Below the pieces are notes generated by a model. That model searched no databases. It was not told where the DNA came from and saw only the letters and a program-made list of their open reading frames with translations. The position numbers and the translations under genes are program-made. A DNA stretch of 39,993 nt from Minisyncoccota bacterium. GTDB lineage: Bacteria; Patescibacteriota; Minisyncoccia; Phycocordibacterales; UBA9973. Of this stretch, positions 10,940 to 20,115 are shown piece after piece (within the stretch, counting starts at the first letter, position 1; the number at the start of each line of letters is the position of its first letter). The DNA lies in assembly GCA_025453495.1 (NCBI GenBank), contig JALOQM010000005.1:1-39993 (forward strand). Direction: 5' to 3'.

Positions 10940-10964
10940 CACTCTTGAGATAGAGTGTTTTTTT
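10940..10964 (+). terminator. Intrinsic terminator after the small ORF
   Basis: CACTCT-TGAGAT-AGAGTG followed by TTTTTTT. Confidence 0.6.
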
Positions 10965-11253
10965 ATTTATGCCGATTTATTCTAATATAATATTTATATG
11001 CGGTCGTGTATAAATATTTATATGTCTTTTTTCTCTTGATTTTCTTAAAGAGCAATCGTTTCTGCTTACAGAATTGCTTGCTGAATAATCGGAGGTTATA
11101 CCCTCAACTATTCATTAAGGATTGGTTTTATGTCAATCTTTTTTCTATAAATTCCAAGGTTACACCTTGGGCATATTTGATATATTGAGACTGTGCACTT
11201 TTATTGATAAACAGTCGTTTTAATGGTAGTATAGTAGCGCTTTTATATATCTT

Positions 11254-12492
11254 ATGATCGGTGTTGGAACAGCTATATTTTATACAGCAGTGTTTCTCTC
11301 TGTGTATGTACAGGTCTTTTTCTTGGTTACATTTCTCGAGAAACGACGACATATCGTCATCCGCAAGGATTCGATTTCACTCCCAGAGTATCCAGGGGTC
11401 ACAATTATCGTCCCGTGCTGGAATGAAGAAAAGACTGTCGAGAAGACAGTGGCATCACTCCTTGCACTTGAATATCCCAAAGACAAATTACATATCACGA
11501 TTGTCGATGATGGCAGTACAGACAACACATGGGGTGTACTTCAGAAGTATGCACATACTCCAAATATTCATCTCTACAAAAAAGAAAACGGCGGCAAGCA
11601 TACTGCGATGAACTACGCGCTTGCACAGACGACGACGCCATTTACTGGTTGTCTCGATGCTGATTCGGCGGTGCATCCTGAGGCGCTTAAGCGCATCATG
11701 ACGTATTTCGCGGATCCTGAGATTATGGCAGTAGCACCATCAATCATGATAGAGAAGTCAAAGAATCCAATTCAGATCGCCCAGCGCGTCGAGTATGATA
11801 TGGCAGTGTATGTCAAAAAGATGCTCGCATTCATAGGTGGCATTCATGTCACTCCTGGGCCGTTTTCTATTTTTCGCAAGAAAGTGTTTGATGATCTTGG
11901 TAACTATCGTAAAGCACACAATACCGAAGATCAAGAGATTGCACTTCGTATGCAGTCATATGGATATAAGATTGAGCATTGTCCGGATGCATATGTGTAT
12001 ACCGTAAGTCCAAATACGGTGAAGAAGCTCTACAAGCAGCGTCTCCGTTGGATTTATGGTTTTCTCAATAATTTGATTGATTATCGCCATTTGCTCTTTC
12101 GCAAGAAATACGGAAATGTCGCATTGTTTACACTACCATCAGGTTTGATCTCAATCGTGACGGCTATGTTTGGTTTTGGCTATATTCTGTATCGATTTGG
12201 TATATATATTGCAGATAAAGTTGAACAGATACGCATTGTCGGGTGGCAGTTTTCATTGAGACCATTTGATTGGTTCTATGTCAGCACAGAATCAACTATT
12301 TTTCTCTCTATTCTCTTGTATGGTCTCGTTATTTTGGCAATTATGCTTGGTCGTAAAATGTCTCAGGATCGCAAGAAACTCTCGCTCGATTTCCTTTATT
12401 TTATAGTGATCTATAGCGTGGTGGCACCGTTTTGGCTTGCAAAAGCCGTGTATAATACAACTGTTGCCAAAAAGATGCCAACTTGGCGTTAA
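11254..12492 (+). CDS. Processive GT2 glycosyltransferase (PgaC/IcaA/cellulose-synthase-like)
   Basis: IIVPCWNEE, DDGSTD, DAD, TED and QRLRW (QxxRW) motifs; N- and C-terminal hydrophobic helices. Confidence 0.92.
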   Translation: MIGVGTAIFYTAVFLSVYVQVFFLVTFLEKRRHIVIRKDSISLPEYPGVTIIVPCWNEEKTVEKTVASLLALEYPKDKLHITIVDDGSTDNTWGVLQKYAHTPNIHLYKKENGGKHTAMNYALAQTTTPFTGCLDADSAVHPEALKRIMTYFADPEIMAVAPSIMIEKSKNPIQIAQRVEYDMAVYVKKMLAFIGGIHVTPGPFSIFRKKVFDDLGNYRKAHNTEDQEIALRMQSYGYKIEHCPDAYVYTVSPNTVKKLYKQRLRWIYGFLNNLIDYRHLLFRKKYGNVALFTLPSGLISIVTAMFGFGYILYRFGIYIADKVEQIRIVGWQFSLRPFDWFYVSTESTIFLSILLYGLVILAIMLGRKMSQDRKKLSLDFLYFIVIYSVVAPFWLAKAVYNTTVAKKMPTWR

Positions 12493-12524
12493 TATGTTAT
12501 GTATCTTATAGTAGAAATCAAAGG

Positions 12525-13220
12525 ATGAATCAAAAAATCGACTGGAAAAAATATATACTCGTATTTTTCATTACTCTTTCACTGTTTCTGACAGCAGTCT
12601 ATCTTTCTAATTTCTTTCATCGCAGTAGAGCAGAAGAGATCAAGTCAATCCAAAGCAAAATTGCTATCGACATACTCTCTTCAGAGACACAATATGCATT
12701 GCTTGAAGATCTCTCATGCAAAGATGTCTCAAACTCAATGCTTTCCCAGGAGCTCAATTCACTTGGCGACAAAATAGATTATCAAGAATCAAATAGTTCT
12801 GCAGGAAATGCAGCTGATCTTGTTGATCTCAAACGATATTACTCATTACTTGAAATAAAAGATTATCTGCTCATGCAGAAAGTGACAGAACGATGCGGCG
12901 AAAAAGCATTCTTTATTCTCTATTTTTATACTGATAAAGAAAATTGTAGTGAGTGTGTGAAGCAAGGGTATGTGTTGACGGCTCTGCGAGAGAAGTACCC
13001 ATCGCTTCGTGTGTATTCTTTTGATTATAGTCTTGATCTCTCAGCAGTGCGCGCACTCAAATCAATCTACAAAATCGATGACAGAAACCTTCCGGCGCTC
13101 ATCATAAACAAAGAAGTAGTCACTGGCTTTAAGAGTGTGGAAGATATCGAAGAGCAATTTCCTGAACTTGAGACATTGTTGATTGTCGAAAAAACGAAAG
13201 AAGAGCTAGGCAAGAAATAA
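12525..13220 (+). CDS. Membrane-anchored protein with a C-terminal CxxC (thioredoxin-like) domain
   Basis: Likely start MNQKIDWKKY at 12525; N-terminal TM helix; YFY...CSECVKQG and a downstream LPALII segment consistent with a Trx fold. Confidence 0.65.
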   Translation: MNQKIDWKKYILVFFITLSLFLTAVYLSNFFHRSRAEEIKSIQSKIAIDILSSETQYALLEDLSCKDVSNSMLSQELNSLGDKIDYQESNSSAGNAADLVDLKRYYSLLEIKDYLLMQKVTERCGEKAFFILYFYTDKENCSECVKQGYVLTALREKYPSLRVYSFDYSLDLSAVRALKSIYKIDDRNLPALIINKEVVTGFKSVEDIEEQFPELETLLIVEKTKEELGKK

Positions 13221-13260
13221 CTCTCGTCTTGCAATTTCTTTTCTGCTACACTGATTGCAT

Positions 13261-15141
13261 ATGAAAAAAGGTATTGCCGCATGGCCGCTGTTTGTCGAAT
13301 TCGCTTTTTCTTTCTTTTCGATTCCACTACTTTTTGGTACATTACTTTCTCCACTCCGACGCGAAGGCAATGCAGGGAATATGGATCTTATCGAGAGTAT
13401 TGCATTCTTCTTTCTCTCGCGGGTTATCGGCTTTGTTCTTCGTGTTGCCTGTATTACGCTCGGACTTATTTTTACTTTCTTTGCTCTCCTGTCGCTGCCG
13501 ATTTTTTTCCTTCCAGTGTCGCTTAACAGAGATGTACTGATGCGCAAAGGAAGTTTCGGTATGGAGCTTTCGTTTAGTACTACGTATTTCCTAGATACAC
13601 ATAGTCGGAGACTTTCATTTTCATATGCGCAAAAATTGTATGGTCGTGATGTTGTAGTAAGTATGATTGTTCGTGGCCTGACGAGAGATGGCAATAATAA
13701 TGTATTGCTTGCAGGTGTTCCAGGTGTCGGTAAATCCACAATTCTTGGTTATCTTTCTCAAATTGCAAGTTCAGGTCTTGCTCCCAAAAAAATTCGCTAT
13801 CATCGTGTCATTGAGCTTATGATGGAGGGCATTAGTATGGATGATCTTTCGAGAATGCTCGAAGAAGCAAAGCAAGCAAAAAATGTAATTCTCGTTATTG
13901 AAAATATCCATCTCTATACCGATGCAAGTAGTATCCTCCTGCCATATCTGCAGTCAGAAGATATTGCCATAATTGGTACCACCGATGGTCATGCGGCAGC
14001 ACTCAATTCTGAGCACACTGAATTCGCAAGAATGTTTGAACAAGTCAATCTAGCGTCTGCTTCAGCTGAGGATACTATACTCATTCTAAAAGATGTTATC
14101 CGTGCTCATGGCATGCATATTGATGAGAATGCAATTCAAGAAATTATTCGTCTTACAGGACGCTACATGCCAAATGCTCCTGAACCAGCACGATCACTTG
14201 ATATACTTGAAGAACTCCGCGCACTAGGTACACAGATCACTCTTGTTGATGTCCAGCAGATAGTATCACAAAAAACAAATATACCACTCGGTGCGCTTTC
14301 TGCTAATGAGACAGAAGTCTTGCAGACACTGGGCGAGCGTATGCGCAAGAAGATTATAGGTCAAGACGAAGCGGTCAAAGATGTCACTGCAGCGATCCGG
14401 CGTCTGCGCGCTGGTATCGCTGATCCCAAGAAACCTGCTGGTAGTTTTCTCTTTCTTGGACCAACTGGCGTGGGAAAGACGCAGACTGCAAAAGTACTTG
14501 CCGAAAACTATTTTGGACATTCAAATGCAATGATACGTTTTGATATGAGTGAATTTGCTCTTGAGGGAAGTATTGAAGTTCTCAAACAACGTATCGCTCG
14601 AGCTATTGAACTTACCCCACTCTCACTTGTTTTTTTTGATGAACTCGAGAAAGCACACTCATCAATACATAACCTCCTTTTGCAAGTGCTTGATGAAGGA
14701 CGTTTGACAGAAAATAATGGACAGACTGTAAACCTCAAAAATGCGATTATTATTGCTACCTCAAATGCTGGAAGTGCTGATATTATCGCAAACCCAGAGA
14801 TTTCTAAAACGAGTCTTATTGCGCTACTGATAGAACGTGGTATCTATGCACCAGAATTCCTTAATCGTTTTAGTTCGGTGGTACTTTTTTCTCCACTTGA
14901 TCCAAAAGAGACCAGACAGATTGCCGAACTTATGCTCGCAGACGTTGCTGCACGACTGCTTGCTGACAAGAAAATTATACTGCAAGTACAAGATGCAGTC
15001 ATGGATCAGGTCGCCGCAGTTGGGTTTGATCCACAATTTGGTGCGAGACCGATCAAGCGTGCAATTGAAGAACTTATTGAAAACAAAGTTGCTGATGCGA
15101 TTATCGCTGGAGCAGGCGAGGGGACACTTACTATTGGTTAA
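13261..15141 (+). CDS. ClpA/ClpB-family double AAA+ ATPase with a hydrophobic N-terminus
   Basis: Walker A GVPGVGKS and GPTGVGKT, SFLFLGP, RFDMSEF, FFDELEKAH, LLLQVLDEGRLT, PEFLNRF, FGARPIKR; exact start uncertain. Confidence 0.88.
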   Translation: MKKGIAAWPLFVEFAFSFFSIPLLFGTLLSPLRREGNAGNMDLIESIAFFFLSRVIGFVLRVACITLGLIFTFFALLSLPIFFLPVSLNRDVLMRKGSFGMELSFSTTYFLDTHSRRLSFSYAQKLYGRDVVVSMIVRGLTRDGNNNVLLAGVPGVGKSTILGYLSQIASSGLAPKKIRYHRVIELMMEGISMDDLSRMLEEAKQAKNVILVIENIHLYTDASSILLPYLQSEDIAIIGTTDGHAAALNSEHTEFARMFEQVNLASASAEDTILILKDVIRAHGMHIDENAIQEIIRLTGRYMPNAPEPARSLDILEELRALGTQITLVDVQQIVSQKTNIPLGALSANETEVLQTLGERMRKKIIGQDEAVKDVTAAIRRLRAGIADPKKPAGSFLFLGPTGVGKTQTAKVLAENYFGHSNAMIRFDMSEFALEGSIEVLKQRIARAIELTPLSLVFFDELEKAHSSIHNLLLQVLDEGRLTENNGQTVNLKNAIIIATSNAGSADIIANPEISKTSLIALLIERGIYAPEFLNRFSSVVLFSPLDPKETRQIAELMLADVAARLLADKKIILQVQDAVMDQVAAVGFDPQFGARPIKRAIEELIENKVADAIIAGAGEGTLTIG

Positions 15142-15295
15142 AAAGAATGTATTAGAAAGCTAGTATGTATTTAGTGCAATCTTCTTTGTATAAAACAGAG
15201 CTTCGAGTTTGTAAATTTTTGAGAAAATTCTTCTTCAATTGTTCGTGTACAGTATACTTCTTGCACTCAATATGTTTATTTGAAAACATGTTTTT

Positions 15296-15371
15296 TGGAG
15301 CCGCTTCTCGGACTTGAACCGAGGACCTTCGCTTTACAAAAGCGTTGCTCTACCAACTGAGCTAAAGCGGC
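15296..15371 (-). tRNA. tRNA-Thr(TGT)
   Basis: Acceptor GCCGCTT/AAGCGGC, D arm GCTC/GAGC, anticodon loop TTTGTAA, T arm CTCGG-TTCAAGT-CCGAG, encoded CCA. Confidence 0.97.
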
Positions 15372-15478
15372 AATACTTTTTTATTCTTCTACTTACCTCA
15401 ATTTTCGCTGTTGTTAGTTACCAAGACAGCCAAAGCGTCATATAGGCACAACTTTGCCTATTTACTATAGCATATTTT

Positions 15479-15910
15479 TTACAAAGTACCAGTCTCTTTC
15501 TCTTTTGCTTCCTCCTGACGCTTCATGTATGCATGAGCTCTCTGAATCCTTTTTTTATATTCAGAAATATTGTGGAGAAAATGAGATACAGCACTTTCGC
15601 GCGCAGGAAGATGGCGCCGTCTTTTGGGAGTGAGAAGTGTGCGTATCTTTGGCTCAAGTACTCTTGCTTTACGCTTGAGAAAATAGGTTCCTTTGATCCA
15701 CAGACGCAGAAGAATAAGAACAAAGCGGTGTCCGAGATATTTGCTATAGAACAGTACAGTGTTTTTGAGGGCAGCGAAATTCACATCGGGAAAATGTAAA
15801 TTTTCTGAATTAAAAGTATATGTGCGACCAAGTCGCAATTGCCGTATCCGTATCCCGATCATAACTATGATCGCAAGGAGCGATGCAATAAAGATAAGAT
15901 AGAGGATCAT
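15479..15910 (-). CDS. Hypothetical membrane protein
   Basis: 143-aa ORF with an N-terminal TM helix and basic C-terminal region; starts 20 bp after the tsf stop. Confidence 0.8.
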   Translation of the reverse strand: MILYLIFIASLLAIIVMIGIRIRQLRLGRTYTFNSENLHFPDVNFAALKNTVLFYSKYLGHRFVLILLRLWIKGTYFLKRKARVLEPKIRTLLTPKRRRHLPARESAVSHFLHNISEYKKRIQRAHAYMKRQEEAKEKETGTL

Positions 15911-15930
15911 ACTACGAGTGGGTCCTTGTA

Positions 15931-16701
15931 TTAGATACTAAAGACAGCGTATTCGGTGAGAGTAGCACCGCTTGATTCGAGAAGTTTTCCAACGGTCACA
16001 TCAGGATTTTTGATGAATGGCTGGTCAAGTAGTGTTTGTTCTTTGAAGTATGAGCTGATTTTTCCTTCAAGTATTTTTTTCTGTATATCTTCTGGTTTTT
16101 CAGATTCCGCGACTTCTTTTGCAAACAGTTCAGTTGCCATACGTTTTGCATCTTCAGGAACGTCATTTGCGCTCATGTATGCTGGCTTCATCGCTGCGAT
16201 GTGCATGGCAATATCTTTTGCAAGATCAGTTGTGCCGCCAGTGAGATTGGTAACAACTCCTGATTTACCATTGTGCACATAGAGTCCAAGTGTTTCGCCA
16301 GTAAATTCTCTTATATCTCCAAGCTGGATGTTTTCTCCAACTTTCTGAACAATTGCACTTATCATCTCTGGCGCAGCTGTCTGTGTAGCTTCTACGCCAT
16401 CAGCGAGTGCTTTTTCAGCGATAGTATTAGCAAGACTTGTAAAGTCTTCATTTTTTGCGACGAAGTCCGTCTCGCAATTTAAGATTACCGCAACTGCCTT
16501 TGTCCCTTCTTTTTTGATCACCACAACTCCATCTTTTGCTTCACGATCAGATTTCTTTGCTGCAATTTCACTTGATTTCTTCTTGAGAATCATAAGTGCT
16601 TTTTGCATGTCGCCACCTGCTTCTTCGAGTGCCTTTCTGCACTGCATAACTGAGACACCTGTAGCGTCACGCAATTCTTTGACTTGTTCTGTGGTAATCA
16701 T
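15931..16701 (-). CDS. tsf: Translation elongation factor Ts
   Basis: VKELRDATGVSVMQCRKAL, NCETDFVAKN, DIAMHIAAM, LLDQPFIK; follows rpsB. Confidence 0.98.
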   Translation of the reverse strand: MITTEQVKELRDATGVSVMQCRKALEEAGGDMQKALMILKKKSSEIAAKKSDREAKDGVVVIKKEGTKAVAVILNCETDFVAKNEDFTSLANTIAEKALADGVEATQTAAPEMISAIVQKVGENIQLGDIREFTGETLGLYVHNGKSGVVTNLTGGTTDLAKDIAMHIAAMKPAYMSANDVPEDAKRMATELFAKEVAESEKPEDIQKKILEGKISSYFKEQTLLDQPFIKNPDVTVGKLLESSGATLTEYAVFSI

Positions 16702-16784
16702 AGGTTATAGTTTCTAGTGATTAGATTTTAGTAAAAAAACGATTTACTAACAGCTAGGAAACTAGCTACTAGTAACTGTGGTGA

Positions 16785-17492
16785 TTATTTCGCCGCAAAT
16801 GTAGCTTCTTTATACGCCTTTACGATCGCTTCCACAAAGAAAGCGATACTTGATGCAGCTGCATCATTTGCGACGATAGGGTAGTCGATGTCGCGAATAT
16901 TGGTGTCTGAGTTTGCAAGAGCAATAACTGGCACACCTGCTTTCTTGGCTTCAGTGACCGCGATGTGCTCTTTTTTGGCGTCTACCACAAAGAGTGCTTC
17001 TGGTGTTTTGACGACGTTTACAACACCGGAGAAAAGCTTGTGCAATCGCTCGATTTCGCGCTCAATCATAAGCTTTTCTTTTTTTGTGTAGACGCCTAGT
17101 TCACCGTTTGCTCGTTTTGCTTGTAGATCAGTAAGCTTACTAATGCGCTTTTTGATCTCAGAGAAGTTGGTGAGCGTGCCACCGATCCAGCGCTCGATGA
17201 CATAGGGCATATCAAGTGAAGTAGCTCCTGCTTCAATTGCTTTCTTTGCTTCTGGTTTTACGCCGACAAAGAGTATCTTTTTCCCTGTTTTTGCAAGATC
17301 TGCGACAAATGCAAGCACCTCAGCGAGCTGAGTATCAGTCTTTTCAAGATCAATGATGTCGGTCCTGTTCTTCGTGGTGAAGATCAGAGGAGCGACTGAC
17401 GGGTGACGTCGAGTCTTCGAATAGCCGAAATGCGCGCCGGCTTTAAACATGTCGTCAACGAGTCCTGCTGTTTTAGCTTCTTTCGTATTCAT
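16785..17492 (-). CDS. rpsB: 30S ribosomal protein S2
   Basis: MFKAGAHFG, IIDLEKT, RWIGGTLTNF, AVTEAKKAGVPVIAL, IDYPIVANDA. Confidence 0.98.
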   Translation of the reverse strand: MNTKEAKTAGLVDDMFKAGAHFGYSKTRRHPSVAPLIFTTKNRTDIIDLEKTDTQLAEVLAFVADLAKTGKKILFVGVKPEAKKAIEAGATSLDMPYVIERWIGGTLTNFSEIKKRISKLTDLQAKRANGELGVYTKKEKLMIEREIERLHKLFSGVVNVVKTPEALFVVDAKKEHIAVTEAKKAGVPVIALANSDTNIRDIDYPIVANDAAASSIAFFVEAIVKAYKEATFAAK

Positions 17493-17500
17493 ACCGGACT

Positions 17501-17529
17501 ATCCTAGCAGAAAAGGGTGATTCTCGCAA
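17501..17529 (-). promoter_or_regulatory. rpsB-tsf promoter (near-leaderless)
   Basis: Minus strand reads TTGCGA-17 bp-TAGGAT with an extended TG, then 8 nt to the ATG. Confidence 0.7.
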
Positions 17530-17531
17530 CA

Positions 17532-17669
17532 CTTCGACTCGCTCTGCTCGCTCAGTGCAAGCTATTAAAAATTAAAGATCGAGACGAAGTGTCATGAGTC
17601 AATCGAAGGATCTGGTATGCACGGAGCAGTGGTGAATGGCCCTGAGCGAGGGTAGTGCCGAGTTGAAGG
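17532..17669. repeat. Cluster of REP-like CTTCGA...CTCAG elements
   Basis: Plus copy CTTCGACTCGCTCTGCTCGCTCAG from 17532; minus copies CCTTCGATTGACTCATGA (17592-17609) and CCTTCAACTCGGCACTACCCTCGCTCAGGGC (17639-17669). Confidence 0.55.
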
Positions 17670-17762
17670 ACAGTCAGAAACAAAAGTGTTGAATGGGTTT
17701 ATACAGGCTACTTGAGTTTTTTGAATCATTTTGAAGATAAGCAATCTTAATATGTCTATTTT

Positions 17763-17791
17763 TTGACTTGGGCCTTTATTTACTATAGTAT
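17763..17791 (+). promoter_or_regulatory. proS promoter (near-leaderless)
   Basis: TTGACT-17 bp-TAGTAT, then 8 nt to the ATG at 17800. Confidence 0.7.
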
Positions 17792-17799
17792 GTGGGCAC

Positions 17800-19059
17800 A
17801 TGCGCCAATCTCACCTATTTACAAAAACACGCAAAGAGGCACCTGCTGACGAGATGTCAAAAAACGCCGAGCTTCTTATCAAGGCTGGCTTCATCCACAA
17901 AGAGATGGCAGGCGTCTACTCTTTTTTGCCACTTGGGCTTCGCGTTTTACAAAAGATTGAAGCTATTATTCGTGACGAGATGAACAAGATTGGTGGTATC
18001 GAGATGCGTACATCAGCTATACAGACAAAAGAGGTGTGGGAAAAAACAGATCGCTGGAGTGATGATGTTGTCGATAATTGGTTCAAGACGACACTCAAAA
18101 GTGGTGGCGAGATCGGTCTTTCATTTACAAATGAAGAGGCGTACTCAACTATTCTCAAGCAGTATATTCATTCATACAAAGATCTCCCTATATATCCCTA
18201 TGATTTCAAAACTATTTTTCGTAATGAGACGCGAGCTAAGTCAGGGATGCTGCGCGGAAGAGAATTCTATTGGAAGGCACTCTATTCCTTTTCAAAAGAT
18301 ATAGCTGAGCACGATGTGTTCTATGAGAAAGCAAAACAGGCATATAAGGCAATATTTCAAAAAGTCGGTATCGGACATATTACCTACGTGACGTTTGCTT
18401 CAGGTGGGACATTTTCCCAATTCTCTCATGAATTTCAGACTATTACTGCAGCAGGTGAAGATACCATTTATATTGATGAGTCAAAGGGTATAGCGGTAAA
18501 CAAAGAAGTCTATACCGATGAGGTGCTCGCTGAGCTTGGTCTCGTAAAGGAGCACTTAATCGAGCAGCGTGCGGTCGAGACTGGAAATATTTTTTCACTT
18601 GGTACTAAGTTCTCAGAGCCATTTGATCTTGCCTATGCAGATGAAACTGGTGTGCGACACTTAGTGATAATGGGAAGTTATGGCATTGGACTTGGTCGCT
18701 TGATGGGTACCGTTGCTGAGACACTCTCTGATGACAAAGGTATTGTCTGGCCAGAATCCATTGCGCCATTTCGCACACACTTACTTGTACTTGGCGATTC
18801 TGCAGCAGTAAAATCAGAAGCAGACAGAGTGTATGCCGAGCTTACAGAAAAAGGAGTAGAAGTATTGTTTGATGATCGTGTTGGTATGAGCGCTGGAGAG
18901 AAGTTTGCTGATGCTGATCTTATCGGCATTCCGTATCGTCTTGTGGTCTCTGAACGCAGTATTGAAGCTGGCGGGATCGAACTCAAGAAGCGTATCGAAG
19001 AGAAAGGGATGGTCGTACCACTTTCGGAATTAGTTGATATGCTAACTGCTCGAAACTAG
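17800..19059 (+). CDS. proS: Prolyl-tRNA synthetase, short form without the INS editing domain
   Basis: MRQSHLF, LLIKAGFI, GVYSFLPLG, FRNETRAKSGMLRGREF, SHEF, MGSYGIGLGR, C-terminal anticodon-binding domain (GEKFADADLIGIP). Confidence 0.95.
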   Translation: MRQSHLFTKTRKEAPADEMSKNAELLIKAGFIHKEMAGVYSFLPLGLRVLQKIEAIIRDEMNKIGGIEMRTSAIQTKEVWEKTDRWSDDVVDNWFKTTLKSGGEIGLSFTNEEAYSTILKQYIHSYKDLPIYPYDFKTIFRNETRAKSGMLRGREFYWKALYSFSKDIAEHDVFYEKAKQAYKAIFQKVGIGHITYVTFASGGTFSQFSHEFQTITAAGEDTIYIDESKGIAVNKEVYTDEVLAELGLVKEHLIEQRAVETGNIFSLGTKFSEPFDLAYADETGVRHLVIMGSYGIGLGRLMGTVAETLSDDKGIVWPESIAPFRTHLLVLGDSAAVKSEADRVYAELTEKGVEVLFDDRVGMSAGEKFADADLIGIPYRLVVSERSIEAGGIELKKRIEEKGMVVPLSELVDMLTARN

Positions 19060-19068
19060 AAATACTAT

Positions 19069-20115
19069 ATGATCAAGAAACTCTTTGAGCTATTTTCAAA
19101 TGATATCGGTATCGACCTTGGTACTGCGTACACACTCGTGTATCTCAAAGGGCACGGCATTATCATCAACGAACCATCAGTTGTTGCTCTCAATCAGAAG
19201 ACAGGACAGATAGTCGCAGTTGGTACAGCAGCGAAGGAAATGCTTGGTAGAACACCGCCACATATCAAGGCAGTTCGTCCACTTGTTGATGGCGTCATCT
19301 CAGATTTTGATGTCACAGAAGAGATGCTTTCTTATCTCATAAACAAAGCAGAAAAAATATCCAAGAAATTTTTTCGTCCGCGAGTGGTTATCGGAGTACC
19401 ATCAGGTATCACCAATGTCGAGACACGCGCTGTCTATGATGCTGCAAGAAATGCTGGTGCGCGTGAAGTACATATTGTAGAGGAACCAATGGCTGCGGCT
19501 ATCGGTATCAAGATTGCAGTCAAAGAACCTGTGGGCTCTATGGTAATCGATATTGGCGGTGGTACTACAGATATAGCAGTTATTTCACTTGGCGGTATCG
19601 TCATGGCAAAGAGTATAAAAATAGCAGGAGACCGACTCAATCAAGACATCATGACGTATATGCGCGATGAGTTCAAAATGCTTATCGGTGAGAAGACTGC
19701 AGAGCAAGTAAAAATCGCTATTGGCACTGTTTCCGAAGGTGAGAATCTTGAAGCAGAAGTTCGTGGTCGGGATCTTGTGACTGGCTTACCGAGACAAGTT
19801 ATCGTCACCTCTGCAGATTTGCGCGAAGCGATGTCAGGTTCGATAGGAAATCTTATTGATGGAATAAAAGAAGTACTTGAAAAGACGCCACCTGAGATTC
19901 TCTCTGATGTTATGCGTGGTGGTATCGTCCTTGTCGGTGGGGGTGCGCTCATAAAAGGTTTTGATGCAGTACTTGGAACGGTGCTTAAAATTCCAGTATT
20001 TGTCGCTGATGATCCATTGACTGCAGTGGCGCGTGGCACGGGTATCATTCTTGAAGATCTTGTATTTTATCAGGAAGTGCTTCTTCCAGCTCACGATGAG
20101 TTACCTCCGCAATAA
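19069..20115 (+). CDS. mreB: Rod shape-determining actin-like ATPase MreB
   Basis: DIGIDLGTA, NEPSVVA, RPLVDGVI, EEPMAAAIG, DIGGGTTDIAVISLGG. Confidence 0.97.
   Translation: MIKKLFELFSNDIGIDLGTAYTLVYLKGHGIIINEPSVVALNQKTGQIVAVGTAAKEMLGRTPPHIKAVRPLVDGVISDFDVTEEMLSYLINKAEKISKKFFRPRVVIGVPSGITNVETRAVYDAARNAGAREVHIVEEPMAAAIGIKIAVKEPVGSMVIDIGGGTTDIAVISLGGIVMAKSIKIAGDRLNQDIMTYMRDEFKMLIGEKTAEQVKIAIGTVSEGENLEAEVRGRDLVTGLPRQVIVTSADLREAMSGSIGNLIDGIKEVLEKTPPEILSDVMRGGIVLVGGGALIKGFDAVLGTVLKIPVFVADDPLTAVARGTGIILEDLVFYQEVLLPAHDELPPQ

Noticed and set aside
17592-17729. 45-aa Cys/Pro-rich minus-strand peptide as a RiPP precursor
   Set aside because: Its PSTRHYPRSG core is simply the translation of the REP-like repeat, and no modifying enzymes are nearby
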